64,000 nt of DNA from Rhodoblastus sp. (GCA_020442275.1 JAGRKN010000015.1:11369-75368), one strand, 5' to 3'; shown: positions 51,157 through 59,880, numbered from the stretch's first letter. Translations and numbers: made by a program. Notes: generated from the sequence alone by a model not told the origin.

Positions 51157-52122
51157 CTACCGTAGCTTGACGAGAGCGTGGCTCTGTGAGTCGAGAACGG
51201 TAGCGATGAACTGCGCCGGCGTGACGCCGCGTTCGTCGAGATTGCAGAGATCGTCGCCGAGTTGCGGAGAAAACGCGGAAGGGATGCGGAGCACCTCGAC
51301 GCTGGTTGCGGGTGAATAATCCGCGATGGAGGAGGCGTAGGCGAGGCCCGGGCCGTCCATGTCGGTGGCCACGACGACGCGGCGGCCGAGCAGCGGCGAG
51401 AGGTCGCTGCGCAAGACGGAGCTCCAAGCGCCGGTGGTCGTGCACCAGAAGCCGCGACCGAACCATTTCTTGGCGGTTTCGACGCTCTTTTCGCCCTCGA
51501 GCATCAGGATGTCGGGGGCGATGTCTTGCAGATGGAGATCGTAGAGAATCCGGGGAGTGGCGACAGCCTTCTGTTCCCAGGACTTTTTGCCATTCTCTTC
51601 CCAGACGCTCATCGGGATGAAGGTTTTTTCCGTCGGATCGTCGAGGCTGTCGAAACGGATGTTCCACATGAGGATTTCACCGGAGGCCGAGCGCCAGGCC
51701 CAGCGACCGGCTTCCTTCCAGCGTCCTGGGGGCGGACGGATCTGCCAGGCCTGTGGTGGATGCGGGAGACCGCAGCCGGCCCAGGTCATGCGGGGAGCTT
51801 CCGGCTCGTGGCGAGCGGACGAGGCGCTCGCGGCGGCAGACGATTTGGACGAGAGTCGCGATGCGTCCGACGAAACGTCGAAGCGTTTTGGCGTGGCGTC
51901 GTATTTGTTCTTGAGGGCGTCGATGACCTGCGTCTGGGAGCAGGCGGCATAGCAGTGAAAGACGACGGTCTTGTACCCATCCGCCACGAGCAGCGACGGA
52001 TTGTTCTTGTCGTCGTGGGCCGGGCAGAAGGTTTTGAACGTCGGCGTGGCGCGGCCGTGGATTTGGCATTGGCGGCCGCGCCCGAGCAGGCGGGCAAGGC
52101 CCGCCGCGTCGTAATCAGTCAT
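51157..52122 (-). CDS. Primase-like protein: CHC2-type zinc-binding N-terminus plus Toprim domain
   Basis: FCPAHDDKNNPSLLV...FHCYAACS (Zn-binding pattern). The C-terminal Toprim has LMLEGEKS ... VVVATDMDGPG. Confidence 0.7.
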   Translation of the reverse strand: MTDYDAAGLARLLGRGRQCQIHGRATPTFKTFCPAHDDKNNPSLLVADGYKTVVFHCYAACSQTQVIDALKNKYDATPKRFDVSSDASRLSSKSSAAASASSARHEPEAPRMTWAGCGLPHPPQAWQIRPPPGRWKEAGRWAWRSASGEILMWNIRFDSLDDPTEKTFIPMSVWEENGKKSWEQKAVATPRILYDLHLQDIAPDILMLEGEKSVETAKKWFGRGFWCTTTGAWSSVLRSDLSPLLGRRVVVATDMDGPGLAYASSIADYSPATSVEVLRIPSAFSPQLGDDLCNLDERGVTPAQFIATVLDSQSHALVKLR

Positions 52123-52125
52123 GGA

Positions 52126-53358
52126 TCAGTCCTGCGGCAGGCCGAAACCGGCGCGGCGGCGCTGCAGGCGCGCGATGACCGAGGCGTGGAAGGTCTGGAC
52201 CTCGGGGACGACCTTGGCGATGCCGAGCTTTTGGACGTGTTCGTCGGTCAAGGCGATGGCCTTGGCGATCGCGTCGATGTCCTTGGGTTCGGCGCAGCCG
52301 ATGGCGGAGGCGATGGTCGAGTAGAGCTCGTGCCACTGCTTGGCGGTGAAGGCCTCGGGCTTCGTCTCCATGATCTTGAATTCGGCGCGCAGGTCGTCGA
52401 GCGTCTTCTTGGCCTGGACGCCATGGCCGTTCGTCGCCGGCGGCGTGGCGGCCGGCGCGGCGCCGTTGCCGATCTTGCCGCCCGGCGCGAATTTCGCCGG
52501 TTGCGGGTTGGCTGGCGCAGACTTGGCGGGCTGGGGAGCAGGCTGGGCCTGCATAGGCGCAGCGGGCGGCGCGACGGGAGCAGCGGAGGTGGCCGGCGGC
52601 GGCGGCGCGACGGGAGCAGAGGAAGCCGGCGTTGCTGCGGGTGCAGCCGCCGGCGCTGCTGTGGCCTTCTGTTCCGCGACCGGCGGCGCCGGCAGCGGCA
52701 GGGCCGCGCGCGGGGCAGCGGGGCGGCCTTCGGAAGCGGCTGCATTGACGATGCCGCCATCGGCGGCTTCGATCTGGCGGGTCATGGTGTAGGCGTCGGC
52801 TTCTTCGAAGATGGCGTCAGAATAGTCGGGATTGAACAGCTGCGAGCCGTTGGTCTCGAGGCCGCGCCCGAAGATATTGCCGATCTGCGCCGCACAGCGT
52901 TTGTAGCCGTCGGTGACCGCGCCCTTGACCGCGATCATGTAGGCGGCGGGCTTGTCCTTCAGATCGACTTCGCGGACGTTTGTGCCGACGTCCTCGTAGA
53001 TCGCGGTGTGTCCGGCGTAGCGGATGGTGATGCGGCAGCGCGCGCGGGCGATGAGGCAATGGGGGTCGTAGTCGACCCATTCGTCCTTCTTGGTCGTCCA
53101 GTCTGTCACCTTCTTGCGCTTCGAGGCGCCGGTGAATTCGGCGACGATCGATTCCTCGAGGACTTCGCGGTCCCAGTTCATGGGGCCGTAGACTTCGTCG
53201 AGCTTGGTGAGGATGTAGTCGTCGGTGACGTACTTGATCTTGGTGTTTTTCGGGCCGTCGCGTTCCTTGAGCTTGGCTGCTGGAACGCGTTCCGCGAGTT
53301 TCTCGCGCAGGCGGCGCATGAGCTCTTCGTTCGGATGGGGACGGAGAATGCGGTTCAT
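52126..53358 (-). CDS. Rad52/22-family single-strand annealing protein with P/A-rich linker and extra C-terminal domain
   Basis: 410 aa from ATG 53358 (MNRILRPHP; SD GGAGG upstream). IKYVTDDYILTKLDEVYGPMNWDREV and KGAVTDGYKRCAAQIGNIFGRGL match the Rad52/Sak-type core. The listed 692-aa ORF N-terminus overlaps the YqaJ-like gene. Confidence 0.75.
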   Translation of the reverse strand: MNRILRPHPNEELMRRLREKLAERVPAAKLKERDGPKNTKIKYVTDDYILTKLDEVYGPMNWDREVLEESIVAEFTGASKRKKVTDWTTKKDEWVDYDPHCLIARARCRITIRYAGHTAIYEDVGTNVREVDLKDKPAAYMIAVKGAVTDGYKRCAAQIGNIFGRGLETNGSQLFNPDYSDAIFEEADAYTMTRQIEAADGGIVNAAASEGRPAAPRAALPLPAPPVAEQKATAAPAAAPAATPASSAPVAPPPPATSAAPVAPPAAPMQAQPAPQPAKSAPANPQPAKFAPGGKIGNGAAPAATPPATNGHGVQAKKTLDDLRAEFKIMETKPEAFTAKQWHELYSTIASAIGCAEPKDIDAIAKAIALTDEHVQKLGIAKVVPEVQTFHASVIARLQRRRAGFGLPQD

Positions 53359-53369
53359 GGCGTTGCCTC

Positions 53370-54278
53370 CTAGTTGAGCTGGCCGCCGGCCGGCTGGATA
53401 TCGATGCGCTGGTAGCTGCTGGGCGGCCGGCGCTGTTCCTTGACGTTGATCTGCTTGAAGGCGACCGACGAACCGTCGGACAGGATCGCGCTCGCGTGGT
53501 TGCCGAGGACGGATTTGAGCTGGGCCTTGCGCTCTTCGACCTCGGCGTCGATTTCCTTGCCGACACGCGAATGGGCCGACTTGCGGGAGACCGCGGTCGT
53601 GTAGTTGTCCTTGATCGCGGTGATCTCGGGGCGGTCGCGCAGATCGAGCGGCGGTGCGGCTATCGTCGGCAGATAGCGCGCTTCGAGCGCTTTCCAGTCG
53701 ACCTTGAAGTCGGGCGACGGCTCGTTGTTGTCGAGGATCGACTGGCGGAAGGCGTTGACGCGATCCGCGATGTCGGCGGCGAAGACCGGGTCGTAGGAGA
53801 GTTCGACCAGGCCTTCGTTTTCGCCGCCGCCGGCGAGAACGAAGATGGCGATCGCCTTGAGATTGTAGGCCTGCATGTAGAGCTGCGCCTTGGCGATATC
53901 GGCGAGCGGCGCCTCGATGCCGGCGGGGCGTTTCCAGACGGCATTGAAGACGTCGCCCGAAACCTGCTTGAGCAGGAGAGCGTCGCAGCGGCCGACGAGC
54001 GGCAGATCGCCTTGCGACGTGATCGTGAGGAGATCGTAGAGGCGGACGCAGGAGGCCGGCGGATCGACGGCCTCGGTCTTGGTCAGGGTGCAGCGATAGC
54101 GGCTCTGGATGCCTGCGACGGCTGCATCCTTCAGCATGCGCCGCCAGTCGGAGGCGGCGGAGAAACGCGGCGGTTCTTCGATATGGCCGGCGCAGATATT
54201 CCACAGTTCCCAGGGGGACGGATTGTTCGAGGAGCCGAGGATGGTCGGGACGTCGGACAAACGGATGTCACGGATCAT
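53370..54278 (-). CDS. YqaJ-like (lambda-exonuclease fold) viral recombinase exonuclease
   Basis: The N-terminus LSDVPTILGSSNNPSPWELW matches the YqaJ signature (GSD...ilG.SpW.tp..Lw). The size and its position next to an annealase fit. Confidence 0.75.
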   Translation of the reverse strand: MIRDIRLSDVPTILGSSNNPSPWELWNICAGHIEEPPRFSAASDWRRMLKDAAVAGIQSRYRCTLTKTEAVDPPASCVRLYDLLTITSQGDLPLVGRCDALLLKQVSGDVFNAVWKRPAGIEAPLADIAKAQLYMQAYNLKAIAIFVLAGGGENEGLVELSYDPVFAADIADRVNAFRQSILDNNEPSPDFKVDWKALEARYLPTIAAPPLDLRDRPEITAIKDNYTTAVSRKSAHSRVGKEIDAEVEERKAQLKSVLGNHASAILSDGSSVAFKQINVKEQRRPPSSYQRIDIQPAGGQLN

Positions 54279-54363
54279 GGCGGGTAGCTCTTTAGGGGTT
54301 TGACGGTGGAAGAACTTTCAATGGTCGGCGATAACCCCGGAAGAACATATAGCGAACGTGGGT

Positions 54364-56553
54364 TCAGGTGAACCCCTTCGCTCGGAACGGAGAAAGATCG
54401 GCGTTGGACGGAGCATACCATGTCTTGGCGTCGCTATCCCATTTTGCGCCGAGCGCCTTGGCCTCGTCCTTGCGGTCGAACGGAACTTTGAGCGCGGTGC
54501 CGAGGCGGGTCGTGGCAGAGGCAGCGGCTGGCCGCGGCGGCGCGGATGGCCGAGAGGGCGATGATGAAGGGGTTGGCCCTCGTGCTGCAGGAGCAGCAGG
54601 CTTGTGGGCTGGTCGCGCAGCAAGGCCGGGCTTTGGCGGTTTCGGGATGCGGGGAGCGAGCGAAGGCTTCGCGACCTGGCCAGGAAGCGAGGCGGCTTTC
54701 GGCCGCGCCGTCTTCGCATTGGCGATTTTCATCGTCTGGCCGGCCTTTTGAAGGGGCGGAATGAGCGCGCCGGCGGCTGTCGCGATTTCCGCGATGACTT
54801 GGTCGGCTGTCGCGCGGCCGAACATAACTTCGTCGAGGCGTTGCTCCATGCGCGCGGTGGCGCCGGGATCGACGAGGATCGGAGCGGCCTTGAGTAGAGT
54901 GTTGTAGAGCGAGAGGCCGGCCTCCGTGGGCACGATCAATTTTCCGTCGGAGGTGGGAGTCAGAAGATTCTGGCGCTTGAGGCCGTCGATCACGGTGTCG
55001 CGGGTCGCCGGCGTGCCGATGCCTTTGGCTTCCTTCAAGCGGTCGCGCTCGGCGGGATCGTCGAGGAACTTCCAGGCGTTCTGCATCGCGTCGATCAGGC
55101 TGCCTTCGCTGTAGCGCGGCGGCGGCTTGGTTTTTCGGGCTTCGACGGCCGCATCGGTCGCGCGGACGATCTCGCCGTTCTTGAGCGGCGGGACGGCGCC
55201 ATCCGGATCGTCGTCGTCATCGACGCCGGACAGGATCTGGGTGAAGCCGGGCGATAGCGTGACGGAGCCGGTCGTCTTGAAAAGGCACGGCGATGGCGCC
55301 GGCGTCGCGACGGTCGCGGAAATCGTCGTGTGGTCGTAGATCCGGTCCTCGCCGATGGCGGCGAGGAAACTGCGAGCGATCAGGTCGAACAGCTTCTTTT
55401 CATCGGCCGAGAGCTTCGGGACGACGGAGGCGAAGCCGCCTGGACAGTTGATGTTCGGGATGATCGCGTGATGGCTGATGCCCTCGAGCGCCTTGTCGCT
55501 CCAGACGCCCGACTTGCCGGTGCGGATTTCGGGCTTGGCGAGGCTGTAGGGCCGGTAATCCGGGAGTTGCTTGAGGAGGCCGAGCAGCGGGCCTGCGTCC
55601 GGGATCATGTTTTCGGGCAGGTAACGGGATTCGGCGCGCGGATAGGTGATGATCTTGTGGGTCGCGTAGAGTTCCTGCGCCGTATCGAGGGTCCGTTTCG
55701 CGGTCCAGCCAAACTTGGCGGCGCGTTTTTGTAGCGTCGGAAGATCCATTGGACGCGGAGGCGATTGTTTCTTGCGTTTGGTCTCGACGACGACGGGGCC
55801 GGTGAAGGCGCGCGCGGCGGCGACGATTGCCTCGGCGCGTTTGCGGTCAAGAATGCGGGCGTCTTCGGCCGGGGCGTGCAGGAGCTTGGCCTTGCCTGCG
55901 GCGCCCTGAACGACCATCGAGACCTCGAAATAATCCGTCTCCTTGAAGTTGCGGATTTCGAGCTCGCGCTTGCAGACGATGCCGAGGGTCGGCGTCTTGA
56001 CCCGGCCGATGCCGATGACGGGGTCGCCGAACTGCTTGCGCAGGTTGTTCGTGGCGACACGGGTGAGCGTCAGATTGTAGATCTGGTCGGCCTGGCTGCG
56101 CGCGACGGCCGCCTGGTAGAGGTTTTCGTACTTGGAATTGTCCTCGAGCTTGGCGAAGGCGGCCTGGAGGGACGTCGGATCCTGCGCGGTGAACATGGCG
56201 CGCTTGATGCGGCCCCTGAAGCCGAAGAAAAGCAACGCTGATTGGCCGATCGCCTGGCCCTCGCGATCGCAGTCGGTCGCAATCACGGCCTCGGTGGCGG
56301 TGCGGAGCGCATTCTTGATCGCATCGAGCCGTGGGCCTTTGCCGGAGCTCCGGTCGGGCACGAGCGCGTAGCGGCCGGACGGCGGCATGAGGAGATCGTC
56401 ATTCCATTTGGCCCATTCGGGCTTGATGGCGTCCGGTTCCTCGAGTGCGAGGAGATGACCCTGGGCGGCTAGGACAACTCCATAGGAGTTGCCGACGGCG
56501 GCAATGATGTCGCGCGCCTGCGACGGTTTTTCCGCGATGACGATGGCTGTCAT
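54364..56553 (-). CDS. topB: Type IA DNA topoisomerase (Topo III-like) with P/A-rich linker and small C-terminal DUF5710-like module
   Basis: Toprim AIVIAEKPSQARDI and IATDCDREGQAIG. Active-site context ITYPRAESRYL. The C-terminal module is LKVPFDRKDEAKALGAKWDSDAKTWYAP. Confidence 0.92.
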   Translation of the reverse strand: MTAIVIAEKPSQARDIIAAVGNSYGVVLAAQGHLLALEEPDAIKPEWAKWNDDLLMPPSGRYALVPDRSSGKGPRLDAIKNALRTATEAVIATDCDREGQAIGQSALLFFGFRGRIKRAMFTAQDPTSLQAAFAKLEDNSKYENLYQAAVARSQADQIYNLTLTRVATNNLRKQFGDPVIGIGRVKTPTLGIVCKRELEIRNFKETDYFEVSMVVQGAAGKAKLLHAPAEDARILDRKRAEAIVAAARAFTGPVVVETKRKKQSPPRPMDLPTLQKRAAKFGWTAKRTLDTAQELYATHKIITYPRAESRYLPENMIPDAGPLLGLLKQLPDYRPYSLAKPEIRTGKSGVWSDKALEGISHHAIIPNINCPGGFASVVPKLSADEKKLFDLIARSFLAAIGEDRIYDHTTISATVATPAPSPCLFKTTGSVTLSPGFTQILSGVDDDDDPDGAVPPLKNGEIVRATDAAVEARKTKPPPRYSEGSLIDAMQNAWKFLDDPAERDRLKEAKGIGTPATRDTVIDGLKRQNLLTPTSDGKLIVPTEAGLSLYNTLLKAAPILVDPGATARMEQRLDEVMFGRATADQVIAEIATAAGALIPPLQKAGQTMKIANAKTARPKAASLPGQVAKPSLAPRIPKPPKPGLAARPAHKPAAPAARGPTPSSSPSRPSAPPRPAAASATTRLGTALKVPFDRKDEAKALGAKWDSDAKTWYAPSNADLSPFRAKGFT

Positions 56554-56659
56554 GAATAATCCGTTTGTTGAAACGGATTTTCTTGAAAGTCCGTGGCCAT
56601 TGCAAGCGGTGTCGTGATAAAATCGCTGCGGTCAGGATCAAAGCACGGAGATCGTCAAA
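56554..56659. promoter_or_regulatory. Divergent control region (topB leftward, orf348 rightward) with perfect palindrome and extended -10 box
   Basis: AATCCGTTT-GTTG-AAACGGATT at 56558-56579 ends 4 nt from the topB ATG. The plus strand has TGATAAAAT (hexamer 56618-56623) 37 nt before ATG 56660. SD GGAG at 56647-50. Confidence 0.45.
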
Positions 56660-57706
56660 ATGGGCAAGGCAGCGCGCAAAGTGGCGTCGGCGGGTCAGTC
56701 GTTTCTCGGGGCGACGGTGTCGTTCTACGCGCCGAATGCGAAGGTCGATCAGATGCTGGCGCAGCTCGAGAAGGCCGGGGTCCGCGCGAAGTTCAATGCG
56801 AGGACGCGTGGCTGGGAAGCCCAAGCCTCGATGCTCAATTTCAAGGACAAGGCGGTGAATGACGCGATCGCCGAATATGGCGCGTTTTCCGAGAATTTCC
56901 GTGCGGCGCGCCAGGAGAAGGCGAGCGGCGCCGCCGATCTGAAGGCGGCCGTCGAGGCGGGGCCGAAGCTCGCGAAGACGAGCTTCACGATCAGTGTCGT
57001 CGAGAACGGCAAGGAGCGGCCGATCCGCAGCGGCGATCTCGAGACGGCGCCGCGTCGGTCGGTTCCGATGGCCGAGTCCGACGTTACGACCTATGCGGGG
57101 CGCCAGGCATGGGCGAAGGAGCAGGGACGCGAGTTCCTGGCCGCATATGTGCTCTACGGCATGTCGCTTGCCGGCGAGCGCGCGCCGGAGCGCCGTGCGC
57201 AGCAGATGGCGCAGCTGAAGGCGGCGCCGACAGAAGACATTCGCGAGGTCGCCAACCGCAATTCGCAGCGCTATGGCGAGCTCGCCGCGAAAGAGGATCG
57301 GGTGCGGTTCGAATACGTCGTGGCGCACGACGCTTTCTGGAAAGAGAAGGCCGAAGGCAAGAAGGATCCGGAAGGCCGCGAGGAGGTCTTCCAGGAGTTT
57401 GCGCGCCTCGATCACCACGAGAAGCGCGAGCTGGCGACGGTGGGCCGCAAGACGCCGATCGGGCTTTCGGAGGCCGACCGCGGTCTGATGGTGTCGCTGT
57501 CGAACGGCTGGCGGGCGATGCAGCAGGAATATTTCGATCGCACGAACGAGCGGTTTGCGCAGGGGATCGTCACGGCGGCGACACGTCGCAATTCGGTGAT
57601 CGACGCATCGGCCGGCTCGTTGCGCTCCGTCGTTGCAGAGACGAGCTCGATCGAGGGCAAGAAGGCGGCAGAACGTATTCGTGATGCCGTCGACCGCGAG
57701 CAGTGA
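56660..57706 (+). CDS. Hypothetical protein (348 aa)
   Basis: ORF with SD and its own terminator. K/E/A-rich. No recognised domain. Confidence 0.6.
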   Translation: MGKAARKVASAGQSFLGATVSFYAPNAKVDQMLAQLEKAGVRAKFNARTRGWEAQASMLNFKDKAVNDAIAEYGAFSENFRAARQEKASGAADLKAAVEAGPKLAKTSFTISVVENGKERPIRSGDLETAPRRSVPMAESDVTTYAGRQAWAKEQGREFLAAYVLYGMSLAGERAPERRAQQMAQLKAAPTEDIREVANRNSQRYGELAAKEDRVRFEYVVAHDAFWKEKAEGKKDPEGREEVFQEFARLDHHEKRELATVGRKTPIGLSEADRGLMVSLSNGWRAMQQEYFDRTNERFAQGIVTAATRRNSVIDASAGSLRSVVAETSSIEGKKAAERIRDAVDREQ

Positions 57707-57730
57707 GTGGTTGGACGATCGGGAAGAAAT

Positions 57731-57760
57731 AAGGCCGGGCCCTTTCGGGCTCGGCCTTTT
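57731..57760 (+). terminator. Rho-independent terminator after orf348 (likely bidirectional)
   Basis: AAGGCCGGGCCC (57731-42) pairs with GGGCTCGGCCTT (57747-58): 12 bp, 1 mismatch, TTTC loop. It runs into TTTT (57757-60). GAAGAAAT precedes it, giving a U-rich tract for the opposite strand. Confidence 0.7.
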
Positions 57761-57780
57761 GCTTGATGGCGGCGGGTCGC

Positions 57781-57984
57781 CTAATGAACCGTGAGATGGT
57801 CCCGCCAGAGGCTTTCGACGATCTGTTCGACGGCGCCCTCTGCGGTGACCGGAAGGCTGAAATCGGAGAGGGCGTTGAGAATGTGCTCGCTGCTCACGGT
57901 TTCGGCGAGAGGGTTGTCGGCGAACTGCAGGTTATAGGCCGCCTTGACGGCGGCCGCGATGCGGTCTGGATTGAAGAGCGTCAT
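57781..57984 (-). CDS. Hypothetical small protein (67 aa)
   Basis: ORF 18 nt downstream of UvrD paralog 3. No recognised domain. Confidence 0.45.
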   Translation of the reverse strand: MTLFNPDRIAAAVKAAYNLQFADNPLAETVSSEHILNALSDFSLPVTAEGAVEQIVESLWRDHLTVH

Positions 57985-58002
57985 GGAAATCGCTATTTGG
58001 TT

Positions 58003-59880
58003 TCAGGCGGCCGAGGAGATCGGCGCGCCGTCGGCCTGGACGAGGTTGAGTTCGGTGAGGAAGGGCGAAGGACCGTAGCTGCGATCGTAGAGCAGCCAGG
58101 CGTCGCCCGCCGCGCGTGTGATCGTGACAAAGGCGATCTTGCGTTCTTCCTCGAAATCGGCGGGCGAGACATTGCGGCCGGTGCGCGGGAACTTGCCTTT
58201 GTCCCAGCCCGGGCTGATCACGATTGGCGCCTGCAGTCCCTTCATTCCGTGCATGGTCGAGATCAGAACCGCGTCCGGCAGGTTGTCGGGATCGATCAGA
58301 TCGTTCTGGGCCATTTCGAGGACGACCTTGAGGTCGGGCTGCTGGCGGGCATGAAGGACGAGCGACTGGTAGAGGCGCCAGAACTTGGTTTTCGGCGCAG
58401 ACGGCAGGTTGTTGACCTGCTTCTCGATGTTCGTCTTGTCGATGACCATCTGGATGATTTCATCCGGCGCGAGGATTTTGGCCTCGGTGGTGATCGCGTC
58501 GACCATCGCGACGAACGCCTTGAGGTCGGGCGTCGCGTCGGGATAGCGCTGAACGTTGCGGATGGCGGTCGTCAGCATGGGCAGGTTCTGCATGCGTGCC
58601 TGCAGGTAGAGCGAGTTGACGACGTCGGTGCCCAGCATCCGGTCGGCGATGGTGATGAAGGCCGCGTCATCCCATGAATTGACGATCATGCGGATCCAGG
58701 CGACGAGGCGCTGGATGTATTCCGACGAATTGGCGTCGGGCATGAAAATGTGGACGGGGATGCTGGCGGCCGCGAGGTCGGCGGCGATCCGGTTGCACTC
58801 CTCGTTGGTGCGACCGAGGATCGCGACGGAATTCCAGGGCAGCTCGATGTCGCGAGAATAGATGATCTGCTCCATGGCGCGGCGCATGCCGATGGCGGCG
58901 TCGTAACCGACCGCGTGGAGCGCGCCGATCTTGTTGTTGACCGAGCGCAGGATCTTCTTGTGGCGGTTCTGGTTGTGCTCGATCATCCCAGCGGCGCGGT
59001 TGAGGACGTCCGCCGGGCAACGATAGTTTTCCTTGAGCGTGACGATCTCGGCGTTCGGCCAGGCGGTGCCGAAGGTGAGGATCGCTTCGACGCGTGCGCC
59101 ACGGAACGCATAAATCGACTGATCGTCGTCACCGACGCAGGTGAGCTGGCAGTTGGGGCCGACCATGAGTCGGATCCATTCCTGCTGCGCGCGATCGGTG
59201 TCCTGATATTCGTCGACCGTGATCAGGCGGAATTGGTCGCGGTACTTGGCGAGGACGTCGGGCTGCGTGCGCAGCATGTGGATGGTCTCGCAGATGAGGT
59301 CGCCATAGTCGTAGCAGTTCATGGCGGCGAGATCGCGCATGTAGGCGCGGATCAGCGCGAGATCGGAGGCCATCGGGCGAATGGCCGCGCGCGGCCAGTT
59401 GGCCGGGTCGTCGCTGATGAGCGCGCCGGAACCCTTGATCTGATCGATCGTGCGCAGGATCTGGCTGACGCGGCGGTCGTCGGGCGCGACGCGCTCGAGG
59501 CGCGCGATGACGCTCGACATCACGCGGCGGGCCTCTTCGGTCTGGATGACGGTGAATGTGTCGCGCAGCGCGTGATAGGAGGGGTTCTCGCGCAGAATAC
59601 GCGAGCAGATGGCGTGGAAGGTGCCGATCCAGAGCTTCGAGGGGTCGAGATCGGGACGCGCAAGCGCGGTCGAGATGCGCTGGCGCAGTTCGTTGGCGGC
59701 CTTGCGCGTGAAGGTGACGGAGAGCAACGCGTCGGGCTTGTAGCCAAGCGTGTCGCAGGCATAGACGGCCTTCGCCGTCAGGACGTGCGTTTTGCCGGTC
59801 CCGGCGGTCGAGAGGACCAGGACGGGACGGTCCATTGTCGTGACAGCTGTGAGTTGTTCGGGATTGAGGCTGTCGAGCAT
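58003..59880 (-). CDS. UvrD/Rep-family SF1 helicase, paralog 3 (625 aa)
   Basis: ATG 59880 (MLDSLNPEQLTAV). LVLSTAGTGKTH, LSVTFTRKAA, ITVDEYQDTDR, VGDDDQSIYAFRGA, ENYRC, TMHGMKGLQ, AFVTITRAA. Confidence 0.9.
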   Translation of the reverse strand: MLDSLNPEQLTAVTTMDRPVLVLSTAGTGKTHVLTAKAVYACDTLGYKPDALLSVTFTRKAANELRQRISTALARPDLDPSKLWIGTFHAICSRILRENPSYHALRDTFTVIQTEEARRVMSSVIARLERVAPDDRRVSQILRTIDQIKGSGALISDDPANWPRAAIRPMASDLALIRAYMRDLAAMNCYDYGDLICETIHMLRTQPDVLAKYRDQFRLITVDEYQDTDRAQQEWIRLMVGPNCQLTCVGDDDQSIYAFRGARVEAILTFGTAWPNAEIVTLKENYRCPADVLNRAAGMIEHNQNRHKKILRSVNNKIGALHAVGYDAAIGMRRAMEQIIYSRDIELPWNSVAILGRTNEECNRIAADLAAASIPVHIFMPDANSSEYIQRLVAWIRMIVNSWDDAAFITIADRMLGTDVVNSLYLQARMQNLPMLTTAIRNVQRYPDATPDLKAFVAMVDAITTEAKILAPDEIIQMVIDKTNIEKQVNNLPSAPKTKFWRLYQSLVLHARQQPDLKVVLEMAQNDLIDPDNLPDAVLISTMHGMKGLQAPIVISPGWDKGKFPRTGRNVSPADFEEERKIAFVTITRAAGDAWLLYDRSYGPSPFLTELNLVQADGAPISSAA

